Positions 19,551 through 28,203 of a stretch of DNA of 64,000 bases are shown here, in pieces; position 1 is the first letter of the stretch; each line of letters starts with the position of its first letter. The notes under the pieces are model-generated. The model saw only the letters and a list, made by a program, of their open reading frames with translations. It was not told where the DNA came from and ran no database searches. This stretch comes from an uncultured delta proteobacterium (GTDB taxonomy: Bacteria > Desulfobacterota > RBG-13-43-22), in assembly GCA_963743305.1 (NCBI GenBank), contig CAVUPH010000012.1, positions 64,001 through 128,000 of the forward strand, in the 5' to 3' direction. The position numbers and the translations under genes are program-made.

Positions 19551-19649
19551 GGGAATGATGGAATATTGGAATGGTGGAATGATAGGCAGTCTGAAATGGC
19601 GTTCCTCCATTATTCCATTGTTCCATTATTCCAATCATCCAATATTCCC
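19551..19649. repeat. Inverted array of 8-bp periodic repeats (GGAATRNT x4 / (A/G)TTCCA(T/A)T x4-5)
   Basis: gggaatgat-ggaatatt-ggaatggt-ggaatgat ... attccatt-gttccatt-attccaat-catccaat-attccc. Confidence 0.85.
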
Positions 19650-19681
19650 GAGCGTATTTCACTTGAGGAGGTTTTTTAACG

Positions 19682-21457
19682 ATGCACCCTTATTTTAAGA
19701 AAATGGACGACTTGGGCAAGCCTTTAAAGCCCGCTCAGTTCGACAAGATGGCGGAAAACCGGGCCCAGATCGATGCGGTCCTGATGGAAGTGGCGGCCGA
19801 GGTCGAGCGGGTCAAAAACGCGGGTTTACCGGCCGAAAAAATCCATAAACGGGGAGAGATGACCGTTTGGGATCGGATCGAGTATCTGATCGATCCCGGG
19901 ACCTTCTGTCCCTTGCATACCCTTTACAATCCCCGGGACAATGAAGAAGGGATGACCGGGGTAATCGACGGCCTGGCCCGGATCAGGGGCAAGTGGTGCG
20001 TCCTGATCGGGTTCGACAACAAGGTGATGGCCGGAGCCTGGATCGCCGGGCAGGCGGAAAACCAACTTCGGGTGACCGATCTGGCCAAACGGCTCCGGAT
20101 CCCTCTGGTTTGGCTGGTCAACTGTTCCGGGGTCAAGCTCCCTGAGCAGCAGGAAGTATATGCCGACAGGCGCGGCAACGGGACCACCTTCTTCCGCCAT
20201 GCCGAACTGGAACAAATGGGGATCCCCATCCTGGCCGGGATCTACGGCACCAACCCGGCCGGCGGCGGATACCAGGGAATCAGCCCGACCATTCTGTTGG
20301 CGCACAAAAACGCCAACATCGCTGTCGGCGGCGGCGGGATCGTCAGCGGCATGACCCCTAAAGGGTCCTTTGATGAAGAAGGGGCCGAACAGATTATTGA
20401 GGCCACCCGTCATTTCAAACAAGTTCCGCCGGGCAGCGCGGGGGTCCACTTCGACCAGACCGGCTTTTTCCGGGAGGTGTATGAAAATGAAACCGAAGTC
20501 CTGGAGGCCCTCAAGGGATACATGGCCGAAATGCCGGGTTATCATCCGCGATTTTTTCGGGTGGCCGAACCGGCCGAACCAAAGTTCCCTTTGTCCGACC
20601 TGCCTTCCCTGATTGCCTTCAACCAGAAAGCGGTTTACGATTTCGACAATTTCTTAGCCCGGCTGGTCGACAACAGCGAGCACCTGGAATTTCGCCCCGG
20701 GTTCGGCCCGGAGGTCTATACCGGCTTGGTGAAGATTGACGGTTTCCTGATGGGGGTGATCGGTAACCGCCAGGGATTTCTCGGTCCCCAGTATCCGGAA
20801 TACACCAACGAATACATGGGGGTCGGCGGCAAGCTTTACCGCCAGGGTTTAATCAAGATGAACGAATTCGTCACCCAGTGCGGCCGGGACCGGGTGCCGG
20901 TTATCTGGTTTCAGGATACCTCGGGAATCGATGTGGGCGACATCGCCGAAAAGGCCGAACTCCTGGGGTTGGGCCAGTCGTTGATCTACTCCATTGAACA
21001 GACGGACGTGCCCATGATGCTGGTGGCCCTGCGCAAAGGCACAGCGGCGGCCCATTACATCATGGGTGGGCCCACGGCCAACAACCACAACGCCTTCACC
21101 CTGGGCACAGCCACCACCGAAATCTACGTCATGCACGGGGAAACCGCTTCGGTGGCTTCCTTCGCCCGCCGGCTGGTGAAAGAAAAGGACGCCGGCCGCC
21201 CCCTCCAGCCGACCATCGACAAGATGAACGAATTGGCTCAACAGTACTATAACAATTCCCGTCCGGTCTACTGCGCCAAACGGGGTTTCGTGGACGAGAT
21301 CGTCCGCTACGAAGACCTACGTAAGTACCTGGTGGCTTTCACCGATTCCGCCTACCAGAATCCAAAATCGATTTGTCCCCAGCACCACCTGATGCTGCCT
21401 CGCTTGATCCGGGCCCAGGTCGTCAAGGGCTTGGACCGGCCGAAAAAGGAAAGCTAA
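19682..21457 (+). CDS. gcdA: Glutaconyl-CoA decarboxylase alpha (carboxyltransferase) subunit
   Basis: NCSGVKL, GTNPAGGGY, GGKLYRQGLIKMNEFV, RKGTAAAHY, SICPQHHL. Confidence 0.92.
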   Translation: MHPYFKKMDDLGKPLKPAQFDKMAENRAQIDAVLMEVAAEVERVKNAGLPAEKIHKRGEMTVWDRIEYLIDPGTFCPLHTLYNPRDNEEGMTGVIDGLARIRGKWCVLIGFDNKVMAGAWIAGQAENQLRVTDLAKRLRIPLVWLVNCSGVKLPEQQEVYADRRGNGTTFFRHAELEQMGIPILAGIYGTNPAGGGYQGISPTILLAHKNANIAVGGGGIVSGMTPKGSFDEEGAEQIIEATRHFKQVPPGSAGVHFDQTGFFREVYENETEVLEALKGYMAEMPGYHPRFFRVAEPAEPKFPLSDLPSLIAFNQKAVYDFDNFLARLVDNSEHLEFRPGFGPEVYTGLVKIDGFLMGVIGNRQGFLGPQYPEYTNEYMGVGGKLYRQGLIKMNEFVTQCGRDRVPVIWFQDTSGIDVGDIAEKAELLGLGQSLIYSIEQTDVPMMLVALRKGTAAAHYIMGGPTANNHNAFTLGTATTEIYVMHGETASVASFARRLVKEKDAGRPLQPTIDKMNELAQQYYNNSRPVYCAKRGFVDEIVRYEDLRKYLVAFTDSAYQNPKSICPQHHLMLPRLIRAQVVKGLDRPKKES

Positions 21458-21500
21458 GAGGGGTTCAAGCGCTTCCGAAAATTATCTGAATTAGAGCCCG

Positions 21501-21544
21501 ACAAGGTCCAGGCGATTCATCTTGCCTGGACCTTGTATTTTAAA
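21501..21544 (+). terminator. Rho-independent terminator after gcdA
   Basis: ACAAGGTCCAGGC-N10-GCCTGGACCTTGT followed by ATTTTAAA. Confidence 0.75.
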
Positions 21545-21610
21545 GCTCCGAAATTGGAGGGTGTAAGCAGTCGTACCCCAAAAAAGATCGCCGGAAGTGG
21601 CTTTTCAGTT

Positions 21611-21637
21611 TAAGAAAATTCGCCCTTCTGCCGATAA
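21611..21637 (+). promoter_or_regulatory. Sigma28 (FliA/SigD-type) promoter
   Basis: TAAG-N15-GCCGATAA about 100 bp upstream of the ATG at 21735. Confidence 0.6.
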
Positions 21638-21734
21638 GTTAGGCATTTCGCAGTTTGCACTATTCAAATTTCAGTCCTTATTCTTTCCACAGAACCCATC
21701 CCTCAGGGGGGGGGTTGGGGCGGAGGTGCAAAAA

Positions 21735-22634
21735 ATGATACATCGGCCGGTCTTCGGTGGTTTAACCGCTGCAATTATCCTAGTTTTGGGGATGGTTCAC
21801 CCGGTTTGGCCGGATAATAAACTGTTTTTACCCTTGGTTATTACATCAGCCAATCCCCAGCCTACTTCGGCCATTATCGTGAACCACACCAGCACCGATT
21901 TGAGTAAGATCCCGGCCCAGTGGATTACCCAGGCTAAAACGATATTGCGGGCCAGTTACGGCCATACCTCCCATGGCAGCCAGTTGATTACCGGGATGCA
22001 GGCCATTGAGAGTAATAGTTCTCTAAACGTGAATCATCTTTTTGATTTCAATACCAGCGGGGCCGTAGAAACGGGGGTTCAATCTATAAAAGATTCTACC
22101 CCATCCGGGGACCTGGGAAACCCGGATCGAACCTCCTGGGCCAGCCGGACGCGGGATTACTTGAAGAGCACCGCGGGTCAGAACCGCAATCTGGTGGTCT
22201 GGTCCTGGTGCGGACAGGCAGATACCTCCAACCCGGCCGATATAGAAACCTATTTGAATTTGATGAACCAGTTGGAGAATGAATTTCCAAATGTCCGTTT
22301 TGTCTACATGACCGGCCATCTGGTGGGAAGCGGTCCTAGCGGCGACCTATATCAACGCAACGATCAAATCCGGAGCTATGTCCGGACCCACAACAAAATC
22401 CTCTTCGATTTTGCCGACATCGAAAGCTACGCCCCGGACGGGACCTATTATCCCAATGAAAGCGACGGCTGCAACTGGTGTTCCGCCTGGTGCAGCGCCC
22501 ACCCAGCCGACTGCACCAACCTGCCTCCCCTCGGGTCCTGCGCCCATTCTCACGAGTTCAACTGCTACCGCAAGGGAATCGCCTTCTGGTGGCTTCTGGC
22601 CCGTCTGGCCGGCTGGGATGGGGTAACTCTGTAA
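21735..22634 (+). CDS. Secreted hypothetical protein with N-terminal LFLPLV motif, possible SGNH-like fold, Cys-rich C-terminus
   Basis: Signal peptide then NKLFLPLVIT; YGHTSHGSQL, WSWCGQ, FDFADIES, CAHSHEFNC; GGAGG RBS. Confidence 0.75.
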   Translation: MIHRPVFGGLTAAIILVLGMVHPVWPDNKLFLPLVITSANPQPTSAIIVNHTSTDLSKIPAQWITQAKTILRASYGHTSHGSQLITGMQAIESNSSLNVNHLFDFNTSGAVETGVQSIKDSTPSGDLGNPDRTSWASRTRDYLKSTAGQNRNLVVWSWCGQADTSNPADIETYLNLMNQLENEFPNVRFVYMTGHLVGSGPSGDLYQRNDQIRSYVRTHNKILFDFADIESYAPDGTYYPNESDGCNWCSAWCSAHPADCTNLPPLGSCAHSHEFNCYRKGIAFWWLLARLAGWDGVTL

Positions 22635-22645
22635 TTATTCATCCC

Positions 22646-24691
22646 CTATCGCCTCTTCGGCGTCGTCGGCCTATTTACGGGGGCCCCCTCCGAGGGCGAT
22701 GATTTGATGACCACCGGATCCCCGCTGGTGGTGGAGATGGCCACGTCGTCCACGAAAAAATTACTGGTATACCCTTCATCGGTTACCACCTTAAAGGTCA
22801 GATCCAGCGTCTGTCCCCTATACCCCGATAAATTGACTGTGTCCTGAACCCACCCGTTGGTGTTTTGATCGGCGCATAAATCATATCCTTTAAGATTCTG
22901 AGTCCCTAGGAAGATTCCGGCGGTATCATAACCGCAGAGATCATTCGAACCGATCCAGTACCAAAAACTGAGGGTCTGCGCAGTATCGGGAACCTTGATC
23001 TTTTGGGATAAGACGGAAATCTCGAAATCGGCCCCTCCCAGCCAGGCCGCCCAAGTGCCGCTATGGGGGGTGATCTGTAGTCCTTCGACCGGAGTCATAA
23101 CCAGCAGGTACCCGTTGCTGGATGACTCCTGCCAAGTGCCGTCACGCCCGGACTCAAAATCACCGTTTCCAAGGGCGGCGGAAGGCGTCGTCCCCCCCGA
23201 GTTATTAGCGACTAGGGGGAAATAGAGCCACTGGGAGGCCGTGAAGGGCGCGGAGTAAATCACATAATTGGCCGAATAGCCGATGTTGGAAGTGCCCCGG
23301 GTAATCTGCATATAGCCTCCCTCGCCCCAGGAGGCCCCCCAGGAGTTTCTCATAATCCACGTGTTTTCAACATCGTTCCAGCCTACCAGCACCACGGCAT
23401 GGTTGACCCCGCCGCCGCAATAATTTCTTTCGTCAGTACTAAAAACGCCTCCCCGGTAGCCCTGCATCTTCGGGCCGGAACAGACCGCTACGGCCACCGG
23501 CCCATAACTGTAGATGGCATTTTTGATCGCTTCCGCGGCCGGGATGCTGGAATCATTGCCCACATAACTCCAGTTTATCAGCCGGTAGGGGTGGCTGAAC
23601 ACCCGGTTACAGGATTGGGAGGCACCCACGTAGGGAAAATCCGCCTCCAAAACAGCCCCGGGCTGGGTCTGATTGATGGCGGTTTGATTAGAATGGTATT
23701 CATGAGCCCACCAGCCGCCGTTGCAACTATACCCGTCGGTGTTACAGGAAAGCAGGAATTCCTCCGAGAGGTCCGTGGTCAAGCTGCTTTTCCATTTCAG
23801 ATTGGCCTCAAAGGGGCCGACCGTGCCGAAGGCCCAGCAACTCCCGCAATTTCCCTGGTCCCGGACCGGGGTGAGTATCCCGGAATCCCTCCAGTCAAAG
23901 GAGGTGGGGAGTCCTAGAGCCGGCGTTCCGGATAGCGGGGCTTTCCGGTCAGTGGAGAAACGGGGTTGATTGATAGGCGGTTCTGGATTGCTCAGATCGG
24001 AAATCAGGGAGATCTCAGCCGCCTGGAGGGTGATCTCCATTTGGGGGGCTTGGGGTTCGATCCAGGGTCGCCGGTAGAGGAGCCGAACGGCGGTTTCCCC
24101 CTCCGTCACCCCTTCCAGAGAAATAATTTGTCGGGCGGCTCCCCCCAACCTGCTTCCCGAAGATTGAAATTGCACCGCTTCCCCCGGTTTCAATTTCAGC
24201 GCCTCCAGGGTTTGAATTTCCCAGACATAACCGCTGGCCAGATTGGATTCCAGGATTAATTCCAGAGGTTCACCGGACTTGACGCTTCCCCTCAATTCCA
24301 GCAAGGACGGGCCATCAGTAAACGGCAGGGTTGGATCAGTAGCCAGGAACAAGGCCTTTCGAAACTGCCCCCAACCCTCGGTTCCCTGAAGCTGGATCTC
24401 ATAGGTCAAACGACCTTCCGGGCCGACCTGTTTCCGGAGGTTAGGGGTAACCCTCTGGGTCTTGAGTTTCCCCAAGAGTTGATCGGCCAAAAGCCGATCG
24501 ATGTTAGCTTCCCGACCCCTCACTCCCGGGCTGAAAACAATTTGGACCTCCGCTTCCCAATGCTGATCGGACAAAAAGCGGGCTGCGGTTTGGCTGTGAG
24601 CCGGAGAACCGGAAGCCACCCCAAAAAATGTTAAAATCAGAATGGTAATCCTCACAAATAAAGGAGCGAAAATAGGATTAGATATGGACAC
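22646..24691 (-). CDS. Secreted papain-family (C1A) cysteine protease with chagasin (I42) inhibitor domain and C-terminal beta-sandwich domain
   Basis: I42: LESNLASGYVW...YRRPW; C1A: DQGNCGSCWAF, NHAVVLVGW, RNSWG; WLYFPLV; NGDFESG domain. Confidence 0.88.
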   Translation of the reverse strand: MSISNPIFAPLFVRITILILTFFGVASGSPAHSQTAARFLSDQHWEAEVQIVFSPGVRGREANIDRLLADQLLGKLKTQRVTPNLRKQVGPEGRLTYEIQLQGTEGWGQFRKALFLATDPTLPFTDGPSLLELRGSVKSGEPLELILESNLASGYVWEIQTLEALKLKPGEAVQFQSSGSRLGGAARQIISLEGVTEGETAVRLLYRRPWIEPQAPQMEITLQAAEISLISDLSNPEPPINQPRFSTDRKAPLSGTPALGLPTSFDWRDSGILTPVRDQGNCGSCWAFGTVGPFEANLKWKSSLTTDLSEEFLLSCNTDGYSCNGGWWAHEYHSNQTAINQTQPGAVLEADFPYVGASQSCNRVFSHPYRLINWSYVGNDSSIPAAEAIKNAIYSYGPVAVAVCSGPKMQGYRGGVFSTDERNYCGGGVNHAVVLVGWNDVENTWIMRNSWGASWGEGGYMQITRGTSNIGYSANYVIYSAPFTASQWLYFPLVANNSGGTTPSAALGNGDFESGRDGTWQESSSNGYLLVMTPVEGLQITPHSGTWAAWLGGADFEISVLSQKIKVPDTAQTLSFWYWIGSNDLCGYDTAGIFLGTQNLKGYDLCADQNTNGWVQDTVNLSGYRGQTLDLTFKVVTDEGYTSNFFVDDVAISTTSGDPVVIKSSPSEGAPVNRPTTPKRR

Positions 24692-25069
24692 GCTGAAGCA
24701 CTCCTTCCATAGTGGCCCGATACTATTAATGGTACTGTGTCACTTTTGGATAGGTAATCCCCCAAAAGGAAAAACCACCCCATTTTATCACCATAGTTTA
24801 ATGATCATAATCGCCACCGTCAAGAGGGAAGTCCCCTGGCATTCCCTTAGAGGAGATCTAGAGGCAAGTCAAAAAAATCCGATTTACCCTGTGGCGCATC
24901 AACGACTCCGGAAAGGGTTTGATGAAGGACCTGCAGGAAATCCGACATTCCGTCGGACAGCCCTGCAGGCGTGGGGTGGGCAAGTGATAAATATTCTAAC
25001 AAAATCGTTTGCGCGATCGGAGGCTTCAATAGACCGGAGTGGCTGATCCTCAATGGGGCTTTAGAAGTT

Positions 25070-27229
25070 TTATCGGCCTATCTTCGCCGATGGCCGGGCG
25101 GACTTTCTTATCCCGGGAGAAAACGGCATCCTGGTTTTAGGAATCTCGCCTGAGCCTTGCAGCGACTGCGGCGACTGGGCCCCCACCAGGATGGACACAT
25201 CATCCAGCAGGAAGCTGCTGATAAATGTTCCGGTAGAATCAGGGGCGATTTCTGCCTTGAAAGTCAAATCCAAGGCTTTACCCCGAAAATTTGCCGGAAT
25301 AGCTACCCTTTCATTCGTCCAGCCCAAAGTTACCTGGTTCAAATCGTAGGTTTTTATAGAGGTAGCGTCCAAGTAAACCGTCCCCGTACTTCCCCCAATA
25401 TTGTCGTTGGAGTCGATCCAATACCAATAACTGAGCTCGGTGGCATCCCCCGGGACAGTGATGTGTTGGGTGACAGTGGCGACCTCAGCAGGATCTCCAC
25501 CCAACCAGACGGCATAATTACCGCTATGATTAGAAATATCATAATCGGATAAATTGACAATTATAAATTCCGACCAGGAATTGCCGGACGTGATGGCCCA
25601 GGTCCCATCCGGCCCATTTTCAAAATCCCCGTTGCAAACAATTTGCTGGCAGGCGCCTTTATCGTTCAAAACCACCGGCAAATAGACCCAATGGGTGACT
25701 GCGGTTTGCGGCGGAGACGGCGGAGGCGTTGGAGGTAACGGCGGAGGACTGGACGTATAGACCACGTAATTGGCCGCATAGCCGATATTGGAAACATTTC
25801 TTTTTATTCGCATATAACCGGACTCACCCCAGCCGGTTCCCCAGGAATTCTTCATGATCCAGGTATCGGTGGCATCGTCCCACCCAACCAGCACCACGGC
25901 ATGGTTGACCTGCCCGGTCTTGCAAACATTTTTTTCATCGCTGGAAAAAATCCCCGAGCGATAACTGGAGAAGGCCGAACCGGCGCAAACAGCCGCAGCG
26001 ACCGGCCCGTAGGTGGCGATGGCGTATTTAATGGCTTCCACCGAAGGCACCCCGTAAGAATTGCCCACATACTTCCAGCTTTCAATCTTCTGGTAATGGG
26101 CATGAGGAGGATTGCAGACGGTGTCGCTGGCGGTATAGGGTAAAAGGGTTTCCAGTACCGATCCCGCTTCGAGTTCACCGGACACCTTTTTGTCATTGTG
26201 ATAATCGTGGGCCCACCAGCCGCCATCGCAACTCCAACCGCTGTCGTTGCAGGAAAGCAGATATTGCTCGGAAAGATCGGCTAATTCCCCCCCGCTGATC
26301 AACAGCTTGGCCTCCAAGGGTGCTACGGTACCGAAGGCCCAACAGCTCCCGCAGGATCCCTGATTTTTGACAGGTGATACATAATTCTGCCCGTTCACGC
26401 TGCGCCAATCAAAGAAAGACGACAATTGCAGCGAACCGGAGGCGATTTCCTCTCCTGGGGTAGTGGTAACCAGGGCTGCCGGGCGCATCAATGGGGGGTT
26501 GGGATTACCTAAGTCGGCCACCAGGGCGATCTCAGGAACCTGAATGGTAGTCTTTCTTTTAGGGACCTGATCGCCCAACCAGGGCCGGCGGTAGGTAAAC
26601 TGGACCGAGGTTTCCGCATCCTCCTGTCCTTCCAGATAGATAATCTGGGTCATGGGGGCACCCAATAGATCACTCTTGGACTCGAAAACGGCATTCCCCT
26701 GCTGAAGGACCTGTTGGGCATTCGCAGCCGTGAGTTCCCAGATAAACCCGGTCGAGGGATTGCTTTCCAAAATCACCGGGATGGACTCCCCTTTTTTGAC
26801 CCTGCCCATCAGTTCCAGAGCCACCGGGCCGTCGGCCAACGGGAGGGTCGGATCAGCGACGACATGAATCACTTTTCTAAACTGATCCAACCCCTCGTTT
26901 CCCTGGAGAGTGATCGTATAGGTGAAGCCGGCATTTCTTTCCGGACTCCGGGATACATGATAGGCTACCCGGTGTGATTGAACCTGCTCCTGGAGGGTTT
27001 GCCGAATCTTCTGAACTATCCCTGCTTCCCGCGCAGCCATGTCCGGGCTGAAGGTTATGGCAATATCCGCTTTCCAATCTTGACTGCCGGTTTGGATCAA
27101 TTCACCAAAACACTCCCTCGGCCCGAGGGAAAGCAAAGTGATAAAAGCCAAAGAAAAGAAAAATGCCAACCCGCCCATCAGTCGCTTCAGCGGGTTGAAG
27201 TTTTCGCGAAACTGATTGAAATTATTCAT
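25070..27229 (-). CDS. Second C1A cysteine protease with I42 inhibitor domain (tandem paralog)
   Basis: ESNPSTGFIW...YRRPW; NQGSCGSCWAF, NHAVVLVGW, KNSWG; Pro-rich linker; WVYLPVV; NGDFENG domain. Confidence 0.88.
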   Translation of the reverse strand: MNNFNQFRENFNPLKRLMGGLAFFFSLAFITLLSLGPRECFGELIQTGSQDWKADIAITFSPDMAAREAGIVQKIRQTLQEQVQSHRVAYHVSRSPERNAGFTYTITLQGNEGLDQFRKVIHVVADPTLPLADGPVALELMGRVKKGESIPVILESNPSTGFIWELTAANAQQVLQQGNAVFESKSDLLGAPMTQIIYLEGQEDAETSVQFTYRRPWLGDQVPKRKTTIQVPEIALVADLGNPNPPLMRPAALVTTTPGEEIASGSLQLSSFFDWRSVNGQNYVSPVKNQGSCGSCWAFGTVAPLEAKLLISGGELADLSEQYLLSCNDSGWSCDGGWWAHDYHNDKKVSGELEAGSVLETLLPYTASDTVCNPPHAHYQKIESWKYVGNSYGVPSVEAIKYAIATYGPVAAAVCAGSAFSSYRSGIFSSDEKNVCKTGQVNHAVVLVGWDDATDTWIMKNSWGTGWGESGYMRIKRNVSNIGYAANYVVYTSSPPPLPPTPPPSPPQTAVTHWVYLPVVLNDKGACQQIVCNGDFENGPDGTWAITSGNSWSEFIIVNLSDYDISNHSGNYAVWLGGDPAEVATVTQHITVPGDATELSYWYWIDSNDNIGGSTGTVYLDATSIKTYDLNQVTLGWTNERVAIPANFRGKALDLTFKAEIAPDSTGTFISSFLLDDVSILVGAQSPQSLQGSGEIPKTRMPFSPGIRKSARPSAKIGR

Positions 27230-27287
27230 GATCGTTTAATTAGGTGTAATTCCGTTGAGGTGCTCTCCCCTTATTTGCTTAGTACTC

Positions 27288-27314
27288 TTATCGGCATTTC
27301 CCGGACAACCTTAA
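27288..27314 (-). promoter_or_regulatory. Sigma28-type promoter upstream of protease pair
   Basis: Minus strand TTAA-N15-GCCGATAA about 60 bp upstream of the ATG at 27229. Confidence 0.6.
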
Positions 27315-27589
27315 ATCCTGCCTCGCCTTTTGCGGAGGTGGGATAAACCGCTCGAAATCGTTCCCCCGATCACCCGGGTCGGGCTAAAACGAAAAGATTT
27401 CCAAACCGCTTTTATTTTATTGCCCGTTTTACCGATAAGGCCGGTAAGGAGCGGACCAACTGTCTTTTTTCAGAAAATTTGGAAAAGAAAGAAAAGTCGG
27501 ATTTTTCCGAATCAGGAGAGATAAACCCTCAGTCTTGAATTTCAAGACCGATATATCCGAGCGGAGGCACTTGGAGAAGGCGCTAAAAA

Positions 27590-27706
27590 GATCGGATCGA
27601 ATATGACGGCCGGCCGATGGTTCTGGGCAATTTTTTCGACATCACCAACCGGAAACAGGCCGAAAGGGCGTTGGAAAAAAAGGTCTTTAGCCCAATAGAC
27701 CTCTAA
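27590..27706 (+). pseudogene. Remnant of PAS/PAC sensor domain
   Basis: Translates EYDGRPMVLGNFFDITNRKQAERALEKK*, a typical PAC end (DIT-RK-AE-AL) with no upstream coding frame. Confidence 0.6.
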
Positions 27707-27792
27707 TCCGTCAAGTTCTTGACTTAATCAAGGGCCTGGAAGGGTAGCAGACCAGCCCTTCGAGATTAACCTATTGAAAGACAAAAGAGTTT

Positions 27793-28203
27793 TCAGTCAG
27801 CAATCAGGTTGAATTCCAGGACTTGGATCTCTCCCGGGTCGAGGGAACCTTTAACCGGATACGGACTCAAGCGGACTTTGGTTCCGATGAGTCCCATATC
27901 TGCCGTTTCCGGGTCTCTATCCACAATCAACCCCATCACCCAGGGTCCCTGTTCCAGCTCGACCAGGGCAAGAACATAGGGGGGTTGTTTCCCTTCCGGG
28001 GCTACCCGGATGACCGTGAAGGTGCGGATCGCGCCCTCCCCTTTAATCTCCGCCGGAAACAAGTTTGGCCCTCGGCAGTTTCGGCAGACTGCTTGAGGGG
28101 GAACGGTGTAGGTCCCGCAGGATGGGCAGTGCAACCCCAATAATTTTCCCTCCCTCAGGCCCTGCTGGTATTGCTCAAATGTTAAGGGATATTCCATCTT
28201 CAA
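27793..28203 (-). CDS. DUF35 Zn-ribbon/OB-fold protein (ChsH2/PhlB-like)
   Basis: CPSCG...PPQAVCRNC, PYVLALVELEQG; overlaps thiolase stop. Confidence 0.88.
   Translation of the reverse strand: MKMEYPLTFEQYQQGLREGKLLGLHCPSCGTYTVPPQAVCRNCRGPNLFPAEIKGEGAIRTFTVIRVAPEGKQPPYVLALVELEQGPWVMGLIVDRDPETADMGLIGTKVRLSPYPVKGSLDPGEIQVLEFNLIAD

Noticed and set aside
19551-19649. Possible CRISPR array, or the short ORFs 19416-19698
   Set aside because: Units are 8 bp, have no spacers and are inverted; the ORFs are translations of the repeat.
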